Shown here: piece by piece, positions 9,571-19,664 of the stretch
Position numbering within the stretch: the stretch's first letter is position 1
How the letters are laid out: the number at the start of each line of letters is the position of its first letter
Origin: Candidatus Latescibacterota bacterium
Lineage (GTDB): Bacteria > Latescibacterota > UBA2968 > UBA8231
DNA length: 64,000 bases
Assembly: GCA_965221775.1 (NCBI GenBank)
Contig: CBDCSU010000004.1
Location: forward strand, 672,001 to 736,000
Reading direction: 5' to 3'
Made by a program: the position numbers and the translations under genes
Notes under the pieces: model-generated
Databases searched by the model: none
The model's input: the letters and a program-made list of their open reading frames with translations, nothing else
Told to the model about the DNA's origin: nothing

Positions 9571-10980
9571 ATGGCCGACGTCGACACCGTGCTCAAGATG
9601 ATCACCGATGGCAACCTGGAGTTCGTGGATCTCCGCTTCACCGATCCGAGGGGGCGCTGGCACCACGTGACCATGACCGCCGACGCCTTCGACGAGGACG
9701 CCTTCGAGGACGGCGTCATGTTCGACGGCTCCTCCATCAACGGCTGGAAGAGCATCGACCAGTCCGACATGGCCCTGCTCCCGGACCCGGACACCGCGAG
9801 CCTCGATCCCTTCATGACCGACCCGACCCTGTACCTCATCTGCAACGTCCACGAGCCGACCACGGGCGAGCGCTACTCGCGCTGCCCCCGGTGCACCGCC
9901 CGCGACGCCGAGGCCCACCTGCAGTTCTCCGGCATCGGCGACACCGCCTACTTCGGCCCCGAGCCGGAGTTCTTCCTCTTCGACGACGTGCGCTTCGGCG
10001 TCGAGGCGGACCACACCTTCTATTCCCTGGACGACGCCGAGGGGCCCTACAACCGGGGCCGCGAGGTCGAAGGCGGCAACAAGGGGCACCGGCCGCGCAC
10101 CAAGGGCGGCTACTTCCCGCTGCCGCCGGTCGACTCCGCCCAGGACATCCGCGCCGACATGCTCAAGGCCCTGCGCAGCGCCGGCGTCCCCGTCGAGAAG
10201 CACCACCACGAGGTCGCCGCCAGCCAGCACGAGCTGGGCATCGAGTTCGCGCCCCTGACGGTCATGGGCGACAAGCTCCAGGTCTACCGCTACGTCGTCC
10301 TCAACGTGGCCGGACAGCACGGCAAGTCGGCCACCTTCATGCCCAAGCCCGTGGTCGGCGACAACGGCTCCGGCATGCACATCAACCAGTCGCTGTGGAA
10401 GGACGGCGAGACCCTGTTCTCCGGGTCGGGGTACGCCGACCTCTCCGAGACCGCCCTCCACTACATCGCCGGCATCATGAAGCACGCCCGCGCCATCAAC
10501 GCCTTCGCCAATCCCAGCACCAACAGCTACAAGCGCCTGGTGCCCGGCTTCGAGGCCCCCGTGCTGCTGGCCTACTCCGCCCAGAACCGCTCGGCCTCGT
10601 GCCGCATTCCGCACTCGGCCTCGCCGCGGGCCAAGCGCGTCGAGATCCGCTTCCCCGACGCCACCGCCAACCCCTACCTGGCGTTCTCGGCCATGCTCAT
10701 GGCGGGCCTCGACGGCATCGAGAACCGCATCGATCCCGGCCCTCCCATGGACAAGGACCTGTACGCGCTCCCCCCCGAGGAGCTGAAGGACATCCCCACG
10801 GTGGCCGACTCCCTGCGCGGCGCCCTGGAGGCCCTCGACGCCGACCACGAGTTCCTGACGCGGGGCGACGTGTTCACCAGGGACCAGATCGACGCCTACA
10901 TCGAGCTCAAGGAGGAGGAGGTGGTGCGCTTCGAGCAGGCCCCCCACCCCGTCGAGTTCGACATGTACTACTCGATCTGA
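9571..10980 (+). CDS. glnA: type I glutamine synthetase
   Basis: [43 protein letters not shown]; adenylylation-site DKDLY retained. Confidence 0.97.
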   Translation: MADVDTVLKMITDGNLEFVDLRFTDPRGRWHHVTMTADAFDEDAFEDGVMFDGSSINGWKSIDQSDMALLPDPDTASLDPFMTDPTLYLICNVHEPTTGERYSRCPRCTARDAEAHLQFSGIGDTAYFGPEPEFFLFDDVRFGVEADHTFYSLDDAEGPYNRGREVEGGNKGHRPRTKGGYFPLPPVDSAQDIRADMLKALRSAGVPVEKHHHEVAASQHELGIEFAPLTVMGDKLQVYRYVVLNVAGQHGKSATFMPKPVVGDNGSGMHINQSLWKDGETLFSGSGYADLSETALHYIAGIMKHARAINAFANPSTNSYKRLVPGFEAPVLLAYSAQNRSASCRIPHSASPRAKRVEIRFPDATANPYLAFSAMLMAGLDGIENRIDPGPPMDKDLYALPPEELKDIPTVADSLRGALEALDADHEFLTRGDVFTRDQIDAYIELKEEEVVRFEQAPHPVEFDMYYSI

Positions 10981-10998
10981 AGCGCCGCCGGAGGCGAG

Positions 10999-13956
10999 AT
11001 GACGGGCGCGCCGCCGTCGAGCGTTCTGGCCGTTGCCGCCGGGACCCCGGGGTTCCAAGACCTGCGGGGTCACCGGCCGGACCAGGCCGCGGCCGGGATC
11101 GACCGGCTGGCGGAGGCGGCCGGCCGCGCCGGTCGCGAGACCCTCGCCGCAGCCCTGGAGTCCCCCGAGGGCCGGGTCTTCTTCTCCTTCCTCTGCGGCA
11201 ACAGCCCCTACCTGAGCCGCCTCCTGCTGCGGGACCTGGAGTTCACCCAGTCGCTGGTGGAAGAAGCCCCCGAGGCGGTCACCCGGCGGTTCCTCGCCGA
11301 GCTCGCCGCGGCCGACCCGGCCATGGACCGCGACCGGCTGATGAAGTTCCTGCGGCGCCAGCGCGGCCGCGCGGCCGTCGTCGCCGCGGTCTACGACTGC
11401 TTCGGTCTCCGCGGCGTCATGGAGTGCGCCGGGCTGCTGTCCGACATGGCCGATCACGCCGTGCGCCTCGCCGTGGCCCATCTCCTGCTGGGCCGGGTGC
11501 GGCGCGGCGACCTGGAGGCGCCCGCGGAAGAGGGCGGGTGGGGATACTTCGTCCTCGCCATGGGCAAGCACGGCTCCCGCGAGCTGAACTACTCCTCCGA
11601 CATCGATCTCATCGTCCTCTACGACCCGTCCCGCGTGCGCTACACCGGCCGCAAGAGCCCGGGCGACTGCTTCGCGCGGGTCACGCGCGACCTGACGGGC
11701 ATCCTGCAGTCCCGCACCGGCGACGGCTACGTCTTCCGCACCGACCTGCGCCTGCGCCCCGACCCCTCCTCGACGCCCCCGGCCGTCACCGTCGACTTCG
11801 CCCTCGACTACTACCTCCGCTTCGGCCGCACCTGGGAGCGCACCGCCCTGATCAAGGCCCGCCCCGTGGCCGGGGACCTGGCCGCGGGCGAGGCCTTCCT
11901 GGAGGAGCTGGCGCCGTTCATCTGGGACGAGGGGCTCGACTTCGCCTCGGTCGACGAGATCCGCTCCATGAGCCAGCAGATCCACGACTTCCACGGCCAC
12001 GGAGCCGTGACCGCCGCCGGCCACGACGTCAAGCTGGGGCGGGGCGGCATCCGCGAGATCGAGTTCTTCGTGCACATGCACCAGCTCGCCTTCGGGAGCC
12101 GCAACCGCCGCCTGAGGGGCCCCCGGCTGCTGGCGATGCTGGAGGTCCTCGACGGCGAGCACCACATCCTGCCGGCGGAGGCGGCCACCCTGCGCCGGGC
12201 CTACCTGCTGCTGCGGCGCGTCGAGCACCGCCTGCAGATGATCAACGACGACCAGACGCAGAAGCTGCCGGAGTCGACCGACGGCCTGGAGCACGTGGCC
12301 GCCCTAATGGGCCTGGCCTCGGCGCAGGAGCTGGAGGGCCTCGTCGAGCAGGCCTGCCTGGAGGTCCACGACCTCTACCGCACCCGCTTCGACGTCCCCG
12401 AGAGCGAGCAGGACATCACCGCGGTGATCCTCGACGGGCCGGAGGGCGGCAACCCCGACGCCGTGGAGCGGCTCGAGGCCGCCGGCTTCGCGCGGGCCCC
12501 CACGGCCGTCGAGATCCTCCGCGGATGGGCCGCGGGCCACCATCCCTCGACCGCCCCGGAGCGCTCCCGCGCCATCCTCCGCGAGATCCTCCACGAGATC
12601 ATCGAGGCCCTGGCGCGGACCCCCGACCCGGACCGCGCCCTGGCGCGCATGGACCGGTTCCTGGAGGCCCTCCCGGAGGAGATCTCGCTGTTCCCCATGC
12701 TCCGGGCCAACACCTGGCTCCTCCGTCTCGTGGCCATGGTGATGGGCAGCGCCCCCCGCATCGCCGACACCCTCGGCGGCCATCCCGGGCTCCTGAGGGC
12801 CGTCCTCGAGCCCGGCTTCTTCCTGCCGATCCCGGGCCGCGAGCAGCTGGCCGGCGAGCTGGGGGAACGCCTGGAGGGGCCGGAGGAGCCCGGGGAGCGC
12901 ATCGCGCAGGTGGCGGGCTGGGCCGGGGACCGCCGTTTCCAGGTGGGCGTGCAGTCCCTGGAGAACCTGATCACCGTGGACGAGGCCTCGGCCTCCCTCT
13001 CGCACGTGGCCGAGGTGGTCGTCGAGGTCCTCTTCCGGGACGTGCTCGCCGAGCTGGAGGCCCATCACGGCAGGCCCGGCGGGGGCTGCGCCGTGGTCGC
13101 CATGGGCAAGCTCGGGGCCGGGGAGATGACCTTCGAGTCCGACCTCGACCTGATGCTGGTGGCCGACGCCCCGGACGACGGGGAGACCACCGCCGGCCCC
13201 GCCCCCATCGAGGCGCGGCGCTTCTACGGGCGCGCCGCCCAGCGCCTCATCGCCGCTCTCGGGAGCCGCTCGGCCTCGGGCCCGCTCTACGAGGTCGACA
13301 TGCGCCTGCGGCCCTCGGGCGAGAGCGGGCCCCTGGTGACCACCCTGGAGGCTTTCCGCGAGTACCAGGCCGGCGCGGCGTGGACCTGGGAGCACATGTC
13401 GCTGACGCGGGCCCGCGTCCTCTGCGGCGACGCGGCCACGGCCGAGGCCGCGGGCCGGGAGATCCGGCAGGTCCTGACCCGCCCCCGCGACCCCGCGGCG
13501 CTGCTGCGGGACGTGGCCCGCATGCGCGACCGCATCGCCGCCGAGTACCCGCCGGGCGACCCCTTCGAGCTGAAGTACGCCCGCGGCGGCCTCGTCGACC
13601 TGGAGTTCACCGCCCAGTACCTGCAGCTGCTGCACGCCCACGACCGTCCCGAAGTCCTGGCCGGAGGCACCGCGGCCTGCTTCGAGGCCCTCGCCGACGC
13701 CGGCCTCGTCGAGGCGGAGGAAGCGCGTTTCCTCGCCGACGCCGTGCGCATGCAGCGCACCCTTCAGGCCCTGGTGCGGCTCACCTGGAACCAGGAGACC
13801 CCGGTGCGCGAGGCCCCCGAACCCTTGCGCCGGAAGCTGGCGGCGGCCCTGGCATGCACGGGATTCGACGAGCTGGAAGCCCGGCTCCGCGCCGCCCAGG
13901 AGAGGGCCTTCGGCCTCTACCAGGAGCGCATCGGCGGGCCGGCGGAGAGGGGGTAG
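10999..13956 (+). CDS. glnE: glutamine synthetase adenylyltransferase/deadenylylase
   Basis: two NTase halves: MGKHGSRELNYSSDIDL and MGKLGAGEMTFESDLDL; DLRLRP/DMRLRP; GGIREIEF; adjacent to glnA. Confidence 0.95.
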   Translation: MTGAPPSSVLAVAAGTPGFQDLRGHRPDQAAAGIDRLAEAAGRAGRETLAAALESPEGRVFFSFLCGNSPYLSRLLLRDLEFTQSLVEEAPEAVTRRFLAELAAADPAMDRDRLMKFLRRQRGRAAVVAAVYDCFGLRGVMECAGLLSDMADHAVRLAVAHLLLGRVRRGDLEAPAEEGGWGYFVLAMGKHGSRELNYSSDIDLIVLYDPSRVRYTGRKSPGDCFARVTRDLTGILQSRTGDGYVFRTDLRLRPDPSSTPPAVTVDFALDYYLRFGRTWERTALIKARPVAGDLAAGEAFLEELAPFIWDEGLDFASVDEIRSMSQQIHDFHGHGAVTAAGHDVKLGRGGIREIEFFVHMHQLAFGSRNRRLRGPRLLAMLEVLDGEHHILPAEAATLRRAYLLLRRVEHRLQMINDDQTQKLPESTDGLEHVAALMGLASAQELEGLVEQACLEVHDLYRTRFDVPESEQDITAVILDGPEGGNPDAVERLEAAGFARAPTAVEILRGWAAGHHPSTAPERSRAILREILHEIIEALARTPDPDRALARMDRFLEALPEEISLFPMLRANTWLLRLVAMVMGSAPRIADTLGGHPGLLRAVLEPGFFLPIPGREQLAGELGERLEGPEEPGERIAQVAGWAGDRRFQVGVQSLENLITVDEASASLSHVAEVVVEVLFRDVLAELEAHHGRPGGGCAVVAMGKLGAGEMTFESDLDLMLVADAPDDGETTAGPAPIEARRFYGRAAQRLIAALGSRSASGPLYEVDMRLRPSGESGPLVTTLEAFREYQAGAAWTWEHMSLTRARVLCGDAATAEAAGREIRQVLTRPRDPAALLRDVARMRDRIAAEYPPGDPFELKYARGGLVDLEFTAQYLQLLHAHDRPEVLAGGTAACFEALADAGLVEAEEARFLADAVRMQRTLQALVRLTWNQETPVREAPEPLRRKLAAALACTGFDELEARLRAAQERAFGLYQERIGGPAERG

Positions 13957-13975
13957 CGGGAAGGGCGGTGCACAC

Positions 13976-14018
13976 AAAAAAACCGGTACCGGCCTGGAGC
14001 GAATCCGGCCGGTACCGG
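13976..14018 (-). terminator. intrinsic terminator of the convergent minus-strand gene
   Basis: ccggtaccggcc(t)gga-gcgaa-tccggccggtaccgg hairpin next to an A7 run (U7 on the minus strand). Confidence 0.85.
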
Positions 14019-14056
14019 CGAAAATGGGTACTTCCGAACCCGCTTGAGGGCCCGGC

Positions 14057-14698
14057 CTAACGGCGCGAGTTCGCCTTCAGGGCGCCCCAGCTCATCTCGC
14101 TCACAGCGGTCCCGGCGTCGGCGACTCGCTGGTACTGCATCGTCTCCTCTCCCCCTTCCTCGGTGGCAGCGGTGATGGAGAGGGTATCGCCTTCGACGGC
14201 CCAGGTCACTTCCTCGCCGGAGAACTCGGCGAGGAAGTCCTGCTCACTCATCTCGCCGAGGAAGTCGTTGACGAAGGCCGCCTCGAAGGCCGGGTAGTCC
14301 TCCTCGGAGACGCCGGCGAACCCCGCGGCAATGGCGGCCAGGGCCCTGGCCACCTCGGTGAGGACTTCCATCATGGGGCGGCCGTCGACGAGCAACACCA
14401 ACTCGGTGACTTCGACCTGCATCTTGTCGCCGTCGATCTGGTAGGTGCCGGTGGCGTCCACGGTAATCGCCTCCACGGCAATGTCAGTGGAAGCGACCAC
14501 GCCCTGGAAGGCGGGGCCGAGCATGACCTTCTGGCTCATCTGGAATCCCCCGTCGGCGGTGAAGGTCAGGGTCACATCGACGTTGTTGCCCTCCTCGTCG
14601 ACGTGGCTCCCCTCCCAGGAGCCGTGGAGGGCCTCCTCGCCATGGAGCGGAAGGGCGAGCAGAGAGAGAAGCGGGACGGTGAACAGAATGCGGCGCAT
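14057..14698 (-). CDS. secreted lipocalin-like hypothetical protein with C-terminal TAVxxxSWGxxK tail
   Basis: signal peptide MRRILFTVPLLSLLALPLHG; LHGSW, GTYQIDGD; GGAGG RBS; own terminator. Confidence 0.8.
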   Translation of the reverse strand: MRRILFTVPLLSLLALPLHGEEALHGSWEGSHVDEEGNNVDVTLTFTADGGFQMSQKVMLGPAFQGVVASTDIAVEAITVDATGTYQIDGDKMQVEVTELVLLVDGRPMMEVLTEVARALAAIAAGFAGVSEEDYPAFEAAFVNDFLGEMSEQDFLAEFSGEEVTWAVEGDTLSITAATEEGGEETMQYQRVADAGTAVSEMSWGALKANSRR

Positions 14699-14734
14699 GG
14701 GCCACCTCCTAATTGGGGTTTCTCGATGCGGGTG

Positions 14735-15034
14735 CTACATCTCCTTCACTTCCGCGACCTCCACCGGGGCGATGACGAGGAAGGGGCAGGATCTGGCGAT
14801 CTCCACGGCGGCCTCCAGGCTGTCGGCGCGGACGATGGAGAACCCCTGCAGGTTGACTCCCCCCTCCTCCGACACGCCCTCGGAGGTGACCACCTTGGAC
14901 GGACCGAGAGGGGTGCCGGGGTTGACCACGGCGTCGCCGAGGCCGCCGAGCCAGGCCATGAACTGAGCCCGGTGTCCCTCGGGGTCTTCCGGCATCTCGC
15001 CGCCGCCGTGATAGGCGATGATGTACTCGGCCAT
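14735..15034 (-). CDS. YciI/DGPF-like protein
   Basis: AWLGGLGDAVVNPGTPL, GFSIVRADSLEAAVEIARSCP; ATG 15034 with AAGGA RBS. Confidence 0.8.
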   Translation of the reverse strand: MAEYIIAYHGGGEMPEDPEGHRAQFMAWLGGLGDAVVNPGTPLGPSKVVTSEGVSEEGGVNLQGFSIVRADSLEAAVEIARSCPFLVIAPVEVAEVKEM

Positions 15035-15291
15035 GGGAGGATCCTTCTTCCTGTCAAATGGCAGACCCTTCAGACCAGGATGGGTTTCCTGGCAAGGGCG
15101 CCGAAGATGAGTTGCAAGGCGTCGCCACGGCGCCAGCCGGAGCGTGATTCCGTGCTCGCGCACCACGCCGGCTGCCGGAGGAAGCCATCAATCGATCTGA
15201 CAAAGGGGATGTGCCAAAAGAACGGGGTTTCCCGTAGATTGTCAAAGCGATGGGCCGCCGCCGCGGTCCACCCGGAACGAGGAGAGATCCG

Positions 15292-16155
15292 ATGCCCGCC
15301 CAGCTTCTCGAAGGAGCCCCCGTCGCCGACAGGATTCTCGCCGAGGTCGCCGAGAGGGTTGCGCGCCTGAAGGAGCGGGGGCACTCCGTCGGCCTCGGCA
15401 CGATCCTGGTGGGAGAGGACGCGCCGAGCGCCGGGTACGTGCGCAAGAAACACGAGACGGCGCGGCAGGTGGGCATCGAGTCATACCACCGCGAGCTGTC
15501 CTCGACCGCGTCCCCGGACGACCTGATCTACGCGGTGCGGGAGTACAACGACGACGACGGCGTCGACGCCTACCTGATCCAGTATCCCGTGCCCCCGGGG
15601 TTCGACTATGCCGCCGCCGTGGCCGCCATGGCGCCGGAAAAGGACGGCGACGGACTGCACCCCGAGAACCTCGGCCGCCTGGTGCTGCAGGAGCCGGGGC
15701 CGGTCCCGGCGACACCGGCGGGCATCCGCGAGATGCTCCTCCACTACGGGATCCCCGTCGAGGGGCGGGAGGTGGTGATCGTCGGCCGCGGGCCCACCCT
15801 CGGCCGCCCCCTGGCCCTGCTGCTGTCGCAGAAGGCGCCGGGGGCCAACGCCGCGGTCACCGTGGTTCACACCGGCGTCCGCCACATGGCCGCCTACACC
15901 CGGCGGGCCGACGTCCTCATCGCCGCCGCGGGCGTCCCCGGCATCGTCACCCGCGGGATGGTCCGCGAGGGAGCGGCGGTGGTCAGCGGCGGCATCACCT
16001 GGAAGGGGAAGCGCCTGATCCCCGACGTGGACGAGGACGTGGGCGAGGTCGCCTCGTGGATCACCCCGCGCCTGGGCGGCGTGGGACCGACGACGGTGGC
16101 CATGCTTCTGCGCAACGCCGTGACCTGCGCCGAGCGGCGCCGGGGACTCGCCTGA
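15292..16155 (+). CDS. folD: methylenetetrahydrofolate dehydrogenase/cyclohydrolase
   Basis: YVRKK, EKDGDGLHPENLG, TPAGI, ITPRLGGVGPTTVAMLLRN; GAGGAG RBS. Confidence 0.95.
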   Translation: MPAQLLEGAPVADRILAEVAERVARLKERGHSVGLGTILVGEDAPSAGYVRKKHETARQVGIESYHRELSSTASPDDLIYAVREYNDDDGVDAYLIQYPVPPGFDYAAAVAAMAPEKDGDGLHPENLGRLVLQEPGPVPATPAGIREMLLHYGIPVEGREVVIVGRGPTLGRPLALLLSQKAPGANAAVTVVHTGVRHMAAYTRRADVLIAAAGVPGIVTRGMVREGAAVVSGGITWKGKRLIPDVDEDVGEVASWITPRLGGVGPTTVAMLLRNAVTCAERRRGLA

Positions 16156-16161
16156 AGCCGG

Positions 16162-17526
16162 CTACCCGGTCCAGGGCCCGGTGATGGCCAGGGTGATCCC
16201 GGGCGACTGGATGTTGGCGTACAGGGTGCGGCCGTCGGGCGAGAACGTGGCGCCGGCGAACTCGGACCCGTTGAAGGCGTTGCGGCCGAGCTTGAAGATC
16301 CCCCCCTCGGGGGTGACCCCCACCAGGTGGTTGTCGCCGCCGCCGTCCTCGCAGAGCACGAGGTCCCCCCAGGGCGCCACCGTCAGGTTGTCGCAGTTCT
16401 CCACCAGCTCGGCGTCGTCGGGCTCGATGAACAGCTCCAGGGTGCCGGGCGCGGCCGCTTCCTCGGCGGTCCCCTCGTGGGGGCTCGGCTCGTAGCGCCA
16501 GACCTGCCCCTTCTTCTTCTTGCCGCCGCTGGTGCAGGCGAAGTAGATCGCCTCGCGGCCGTACCACATGCCCTCGCCCCGGGCGAAGCGGGCGGCGCCC
16601 TTGTCGAAGCCCTGGTCGCGCAGGTCGTCGGCCGGGGACTCCACGTCCTCCATGTCGACCCAGGCCGCGGCCAAGCGGTCGCCGGGAGCCACGTCCCGCG
16701 ACTTCCAGTTGCGCGTGTCCAGGCCCGGCCGGTCGAGGACCCTGAGCGCCTGCAGCCGCCCCCCCGCCGCCAGTCGGCCCGGCTCGTCGGGCAGGTAGCG
16801 GTAGATCAGCCCGTCGCCGGCGTCCTCGGTCTCGTAGACGATGCCGGAGGCCGGGTGCACGGCCACCGCCTCGTGGTTGAAGCGGCCCATCGCCTTCAGG
16901 GCCACCGGCTCCACCGGCCCCGCGGCGGCGGCGGCGACCTCGAAGTTGTAGCCGTGGTCCTTCTCGTGGTTGTCGTCGGCGCGCTGCGTCGTCTCCTCGC
17001 AGGTGATCCAGCTGCCCCACGGGGTGAGGCCGCCGGCGCAGTTGCGCACGGTGCCGGCGAGGCTGAGGTAGTGCCTCTCCACCTCGCCGCCGGAGCCGAT
17101 GACGAAGGTCGACGTCCCTCCCTGGGGCGGGTCGCCGTGGCCCCAGTCGTAGAACCGCTCCCGCGGCAGCTTGCCGAGACGCTCGTTCTCCTCGCCGAAG
17201 GCGCCGACCTTGCGGGCCCCCGCGGTCAGCTCGTGGTTGCAGACGAGCAGGGTGCGCCCCTCCGCCCCCGGGAAGGCGGCCATGGCGTCGGGCAGCCCCG
17301 GCACGAGCAGGCCGTCGTCCATCTCGTCGCCGGTGCGGGAAAGGACCCCGTAGGTGAAGCCGGCGGGCAGGTCGACGATCTCCCCCGGATCCGGCCTCAG
17401 GGGGCCGTAACCGGCGGCGATCCCCTCGTCGGAGGTTTCGCCCCGGACCACGTGGGCCTGCAGGCCCTGGAAGCCGAGGCTCACGGCGGCGGCGGACTTC
17501 AGGAACTCACGTCGGGTAACCGGCAT
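16162..17526 (-). CDS. Tat-exported PhoX-family (DUF839) alkaline phosphatase
   Basis: TRREFLK twin-arginine signal; LVCNHE, NCAGGLTPWGSWITCEE, GRFNHEA, CDNL, SEFAGATFSPDG. Confidence 0.92.
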   Translation of the reverse strand: MPVTRREFLKSAAAVSLGFQGLQAHVVRGETSDEGIAAGYGPLRPDPGEIVDLPAGFTYGVLSRTGDEMDDGLLVPGLPDAMAAFPGAEGRTLLVCNHELTAGARKVGAFGEENERLGKLPRERFYDWGHGDPPQGGTSTFVIGSGGEVERHYLSLAGTVRNCAGGLTPWGSWITCEETTQRADDNHEKDHGYNFEVAAAAAGPVEPVALKAMGRFNHEAVAVHPASGIVYETEDAGDGLIYRYLPDEPGRLAAGGRLQALRVLDRPGLDTRNWKSRDVAPGDRLAAAWVDMEDVESPADDLRDQGFDKGAARFARGEGMWYGREAIYFACTSGGKKKKGQVWRYEPSPHEGTAEEAAAPGTLELFIEPDDAELVENCDNLTVAPWGDLVLCEDGGGDNHLVGVTPEGGIFKLGRNAFNGSEFAGATFSPDGRTLYANIQSPGITLAITGPWTG

Positions 17527-17581
17527 CGGGTCGATCCTTTCTTCGCGTTGCGGGAGGGGTGAGTAAACTACCCGTTCCCGG

Positions 17582-18472
17582 TTACGGTGGCGAGACGAGG
17601 CGCAGGGCGTTGCCCGAGAACAGCTTGCGCAGCAGCGCCGGCGCCAGCTCCTGACCGAGGAGCCAGGAGCGCAGCTCGTCGCCGGGGGCGTCGCGGCCGA
17701 AGAGCAGGCGGTCCTGGTAGCGATCGAGGAACCCCCGCGCGTGGGCCGGGTCGCGGCGCATCGCCCCGAGGCCGGAGCCGGCGGACAGATCCGCCCACAG
17801 GTTGTCGAAGGTGTCGAGCAGGCGGATCAGCTCGCCCCCCGGCTGCACGGGACCGGTGGGGTACACCGCCGTCTCGGCGGCCTCGTCGCCTGAGATGTAG
17901 CGCCAGAACCCGGGGGCGTGGCCGATGAACACCGTCTCCGGGCAGGCCCGCAGGGTGCGCTCCAGGGGCCCGGCGCCGCCGCCGTACCAGCGCGGCTGGT
18001 ACCGCGGCCGGCCGCCTTCCGGGTCGGGCAGGAAGGGCACATCGAGGTGCAGCACCACGGGCATGCCGAGGTCCCCCGCCGTCCGGAAGACCTCCCACGC
18101 CCGCGGGTCGTCGAGGAGCATGCGGTAGCTCCACTCGCCGCAGACGCGGAAGCCGTGGACCTCGTGGGCCCGCCGCAGCTGCTCCGGCGCCGAGTCCTCC
18201 CTCGGACAGGGACAGAACCCGCCCACGAAGCGGTCCGGGAACGCCTGGCACGCCTCGATCACGTCGGGCAGGGGACACCCGGCGTGGGTGCCGTCGGGGC
18301 GCAGGTTCCTCGGGTGGAAGCCGCCCTGCCATCCGGGCGCGTGCTCGTCGGGGGGCAGGTACCAGGTGAGGGCCCAGCAGCGCTCGATGCCGAAGGCGTC
18401 CATCTCGCCGACCACCTCCGCCGGCCCGAGGCCGTGGTACCAGACGTGGTTGTGGGCGTCGATAATCCGCAT
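17582..18472 (-). CDS. amidohydrolase_2 family protein
   Basis: IIDAHNH, MPVVLH, FIGHA, LLFGRD. Confidence 0.85.
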   Translation of the reverse strand: MRIIDAHNHVWYHGLGPAEVVGEMDAFGIERCWALTWYLPPDEHAPGWQGGFHPRNLRPDGTHAGCPLPDVIEACQAFPDRFVGGFCPCPREDSAPEQLRRAHEVHGFRVCGEWSYRMLLDDPRAWEVFRTAGDLGMPVVLHLDVPFLPDPEGGRPRYQPRWYGGGAGPLERTLRACPETVFIGHAPGFWRYISGDEAAETAVYPTGPVQPGGELIRLLDTFDNLWADLSAGSGLGAMRRDPAHARGFLDRYQDRLLFGRDAPGDELRSWLLGQELAPALLRKLFSGNALRLVSPP

Positions 18473-18473
18473 C

Positions 18474-19664
18474 TCAGGCCGCTTTCCGGCGCAGGGTCTC
18501 CGGCACCAGGGTGGCCAGCAGCACCGCGCCGAGGACTCCCACCGCGGCGATCACCAGGGGCGCCGTGTGCAGATCGGCCGCCTCGGCCACCCCGCCCACC
18601 ACCACGGGGCCGGCCGCCGAGCCGCTGTCGCCGACGAAGCGCCACAGGCCGAGGAACTCGCCTCGGCCCCGGTCCGGCGACAGGTCCGCCCCCAGGGTCA
18701 GCATCGTCCCGGAGCCGAGGCCGTTGGCGGCCCCCAGGGCCATGGTGGTCAGGGCCAGGGTCCAGAACGTCTCCGTCACGGGGATCAGGGCCATGGCCGC
18801 TGACTGGAGGAGGAAGGAGGGCACATAGGCGTACTTGCGTCCGCGGCGGTCCATGATCTGCCCGGCGGGGACGAACATGAGCATGTCCACGCCGTACGAC
18901 AGGCTGAGCATGAGCCCCACGGCGGCCGTCTCCAGCCCCAGGACCTCGGCGGCGTAGAGGGGGATCACGGCCGTGCGGGCGCCGCGGATCATCTGGCCGC
19001 AGAGCTGCCCCGAGCCGGCGGCGGCCAGCACCTTCCATTGGGCGCGCAGGACCTGGGCCACCGAGGACCGCCCGCTCCGCTGCCCGGCCCTCTCCTGGAC
19101 CCACAGCAACGCCGCGGCCACCCCCGCCAGCCTCACGAGGGCCACCAGCAGGAAGGGCACGCGCAGCCCGAAAGCCTCGGCCGCCAGGCCCCCGAGGGCC
19201 GGCCCCACGAAGGAGGTGATGCGGCCGATGCCCCCGAAGGTCGAGTAGATGCGGCCCCGCTGGGCCACCGGGACGACATCGGTCATGTAGGTGTGGCGGG
19301 CGATGTTCCAGAGGGCCATGAAGGCCCCGGCCAGAAGCCCGTAGGCGAGCAACTCCACCAGGCTCCGGGCCTGGAACATGGCCGCGGACATGGCCGCCAT
19401 GCCCAGGCCGCCCACCATCATGGTGCGCTTCTGCCCGAAGCGGCTGGTGGCCATGCCCGCGGGCACGTTCAGGAGCAGGTTGCCCAGCCCCTCGGCGGCC
19501 AGCACGACGCCCACGAGGCTGTAGCCGGCCTCGAAGGAGAGGGCGAAGAAGGGCAGCACGGGCAGCATGAGCCCGCGGCTGAGGGCGATGCAGGCCGAGG
19601 GCAGCCAGATGGAGAGCACCACCCGCCGGTTGACCATCCGCGCCCTGGGCGGCGGGGAGGTCAC
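18474..19664 (-). CDS. MFS transporter
   Basis: ~12 hydrophobic helices; GxxxxRFG and GQIMDRRGRK loop motifs. Confidence 0.9.
   Translation of the reverse strand: MTSPPPRARMVNRRVVLSIWLPSACIALSRGLMLPVLPFFALSFEAGYSLVGVVLAAEGLGNLLLNVPAGMATSRFGQKRTMMVGGLGMAAMSAAMFQARSLVELLAYGLLAGAFMALWNIARHTYMTDVVPVAQRGRIYSTFGGIGRITSFVGPALGGLAAEAFGLRVPFLLVALVRLAGVAAALLWVQERAGQRSGRSSVAQVLRAQWKVLAAAGSGQLCGQMIRGARTAVIPLYAAEVLGLETAAVGLMLSLSYGVDMLMFVPAGQIMDRRGRKYAYVPSFLLQSAAMALIPVTETFWTLALTTMALGAANGLGSGTMLTLGADLSPDRGRGEFLGLWRFVGDSGSAAGPVVVGGVAEAADLHTAPLVIAAVGVLGAVLLATLVPETLRRKAA

Noticed and set aside
9360-14060. Very long alternative-frame ORFs (1566 aa here; also 6490-9342, 6578-9532, 9553-12294 and many others)
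   Set aside because: Arg/Pro/Gly-rich or antisense shadows of real genes, expected from stop-codon scarcity at high GC; no motifs
16162-17526. PhoX as part of the polyphosphate island
   Set aside because: 16 kb away, host-like codon usage, and no shared promoter motif seen
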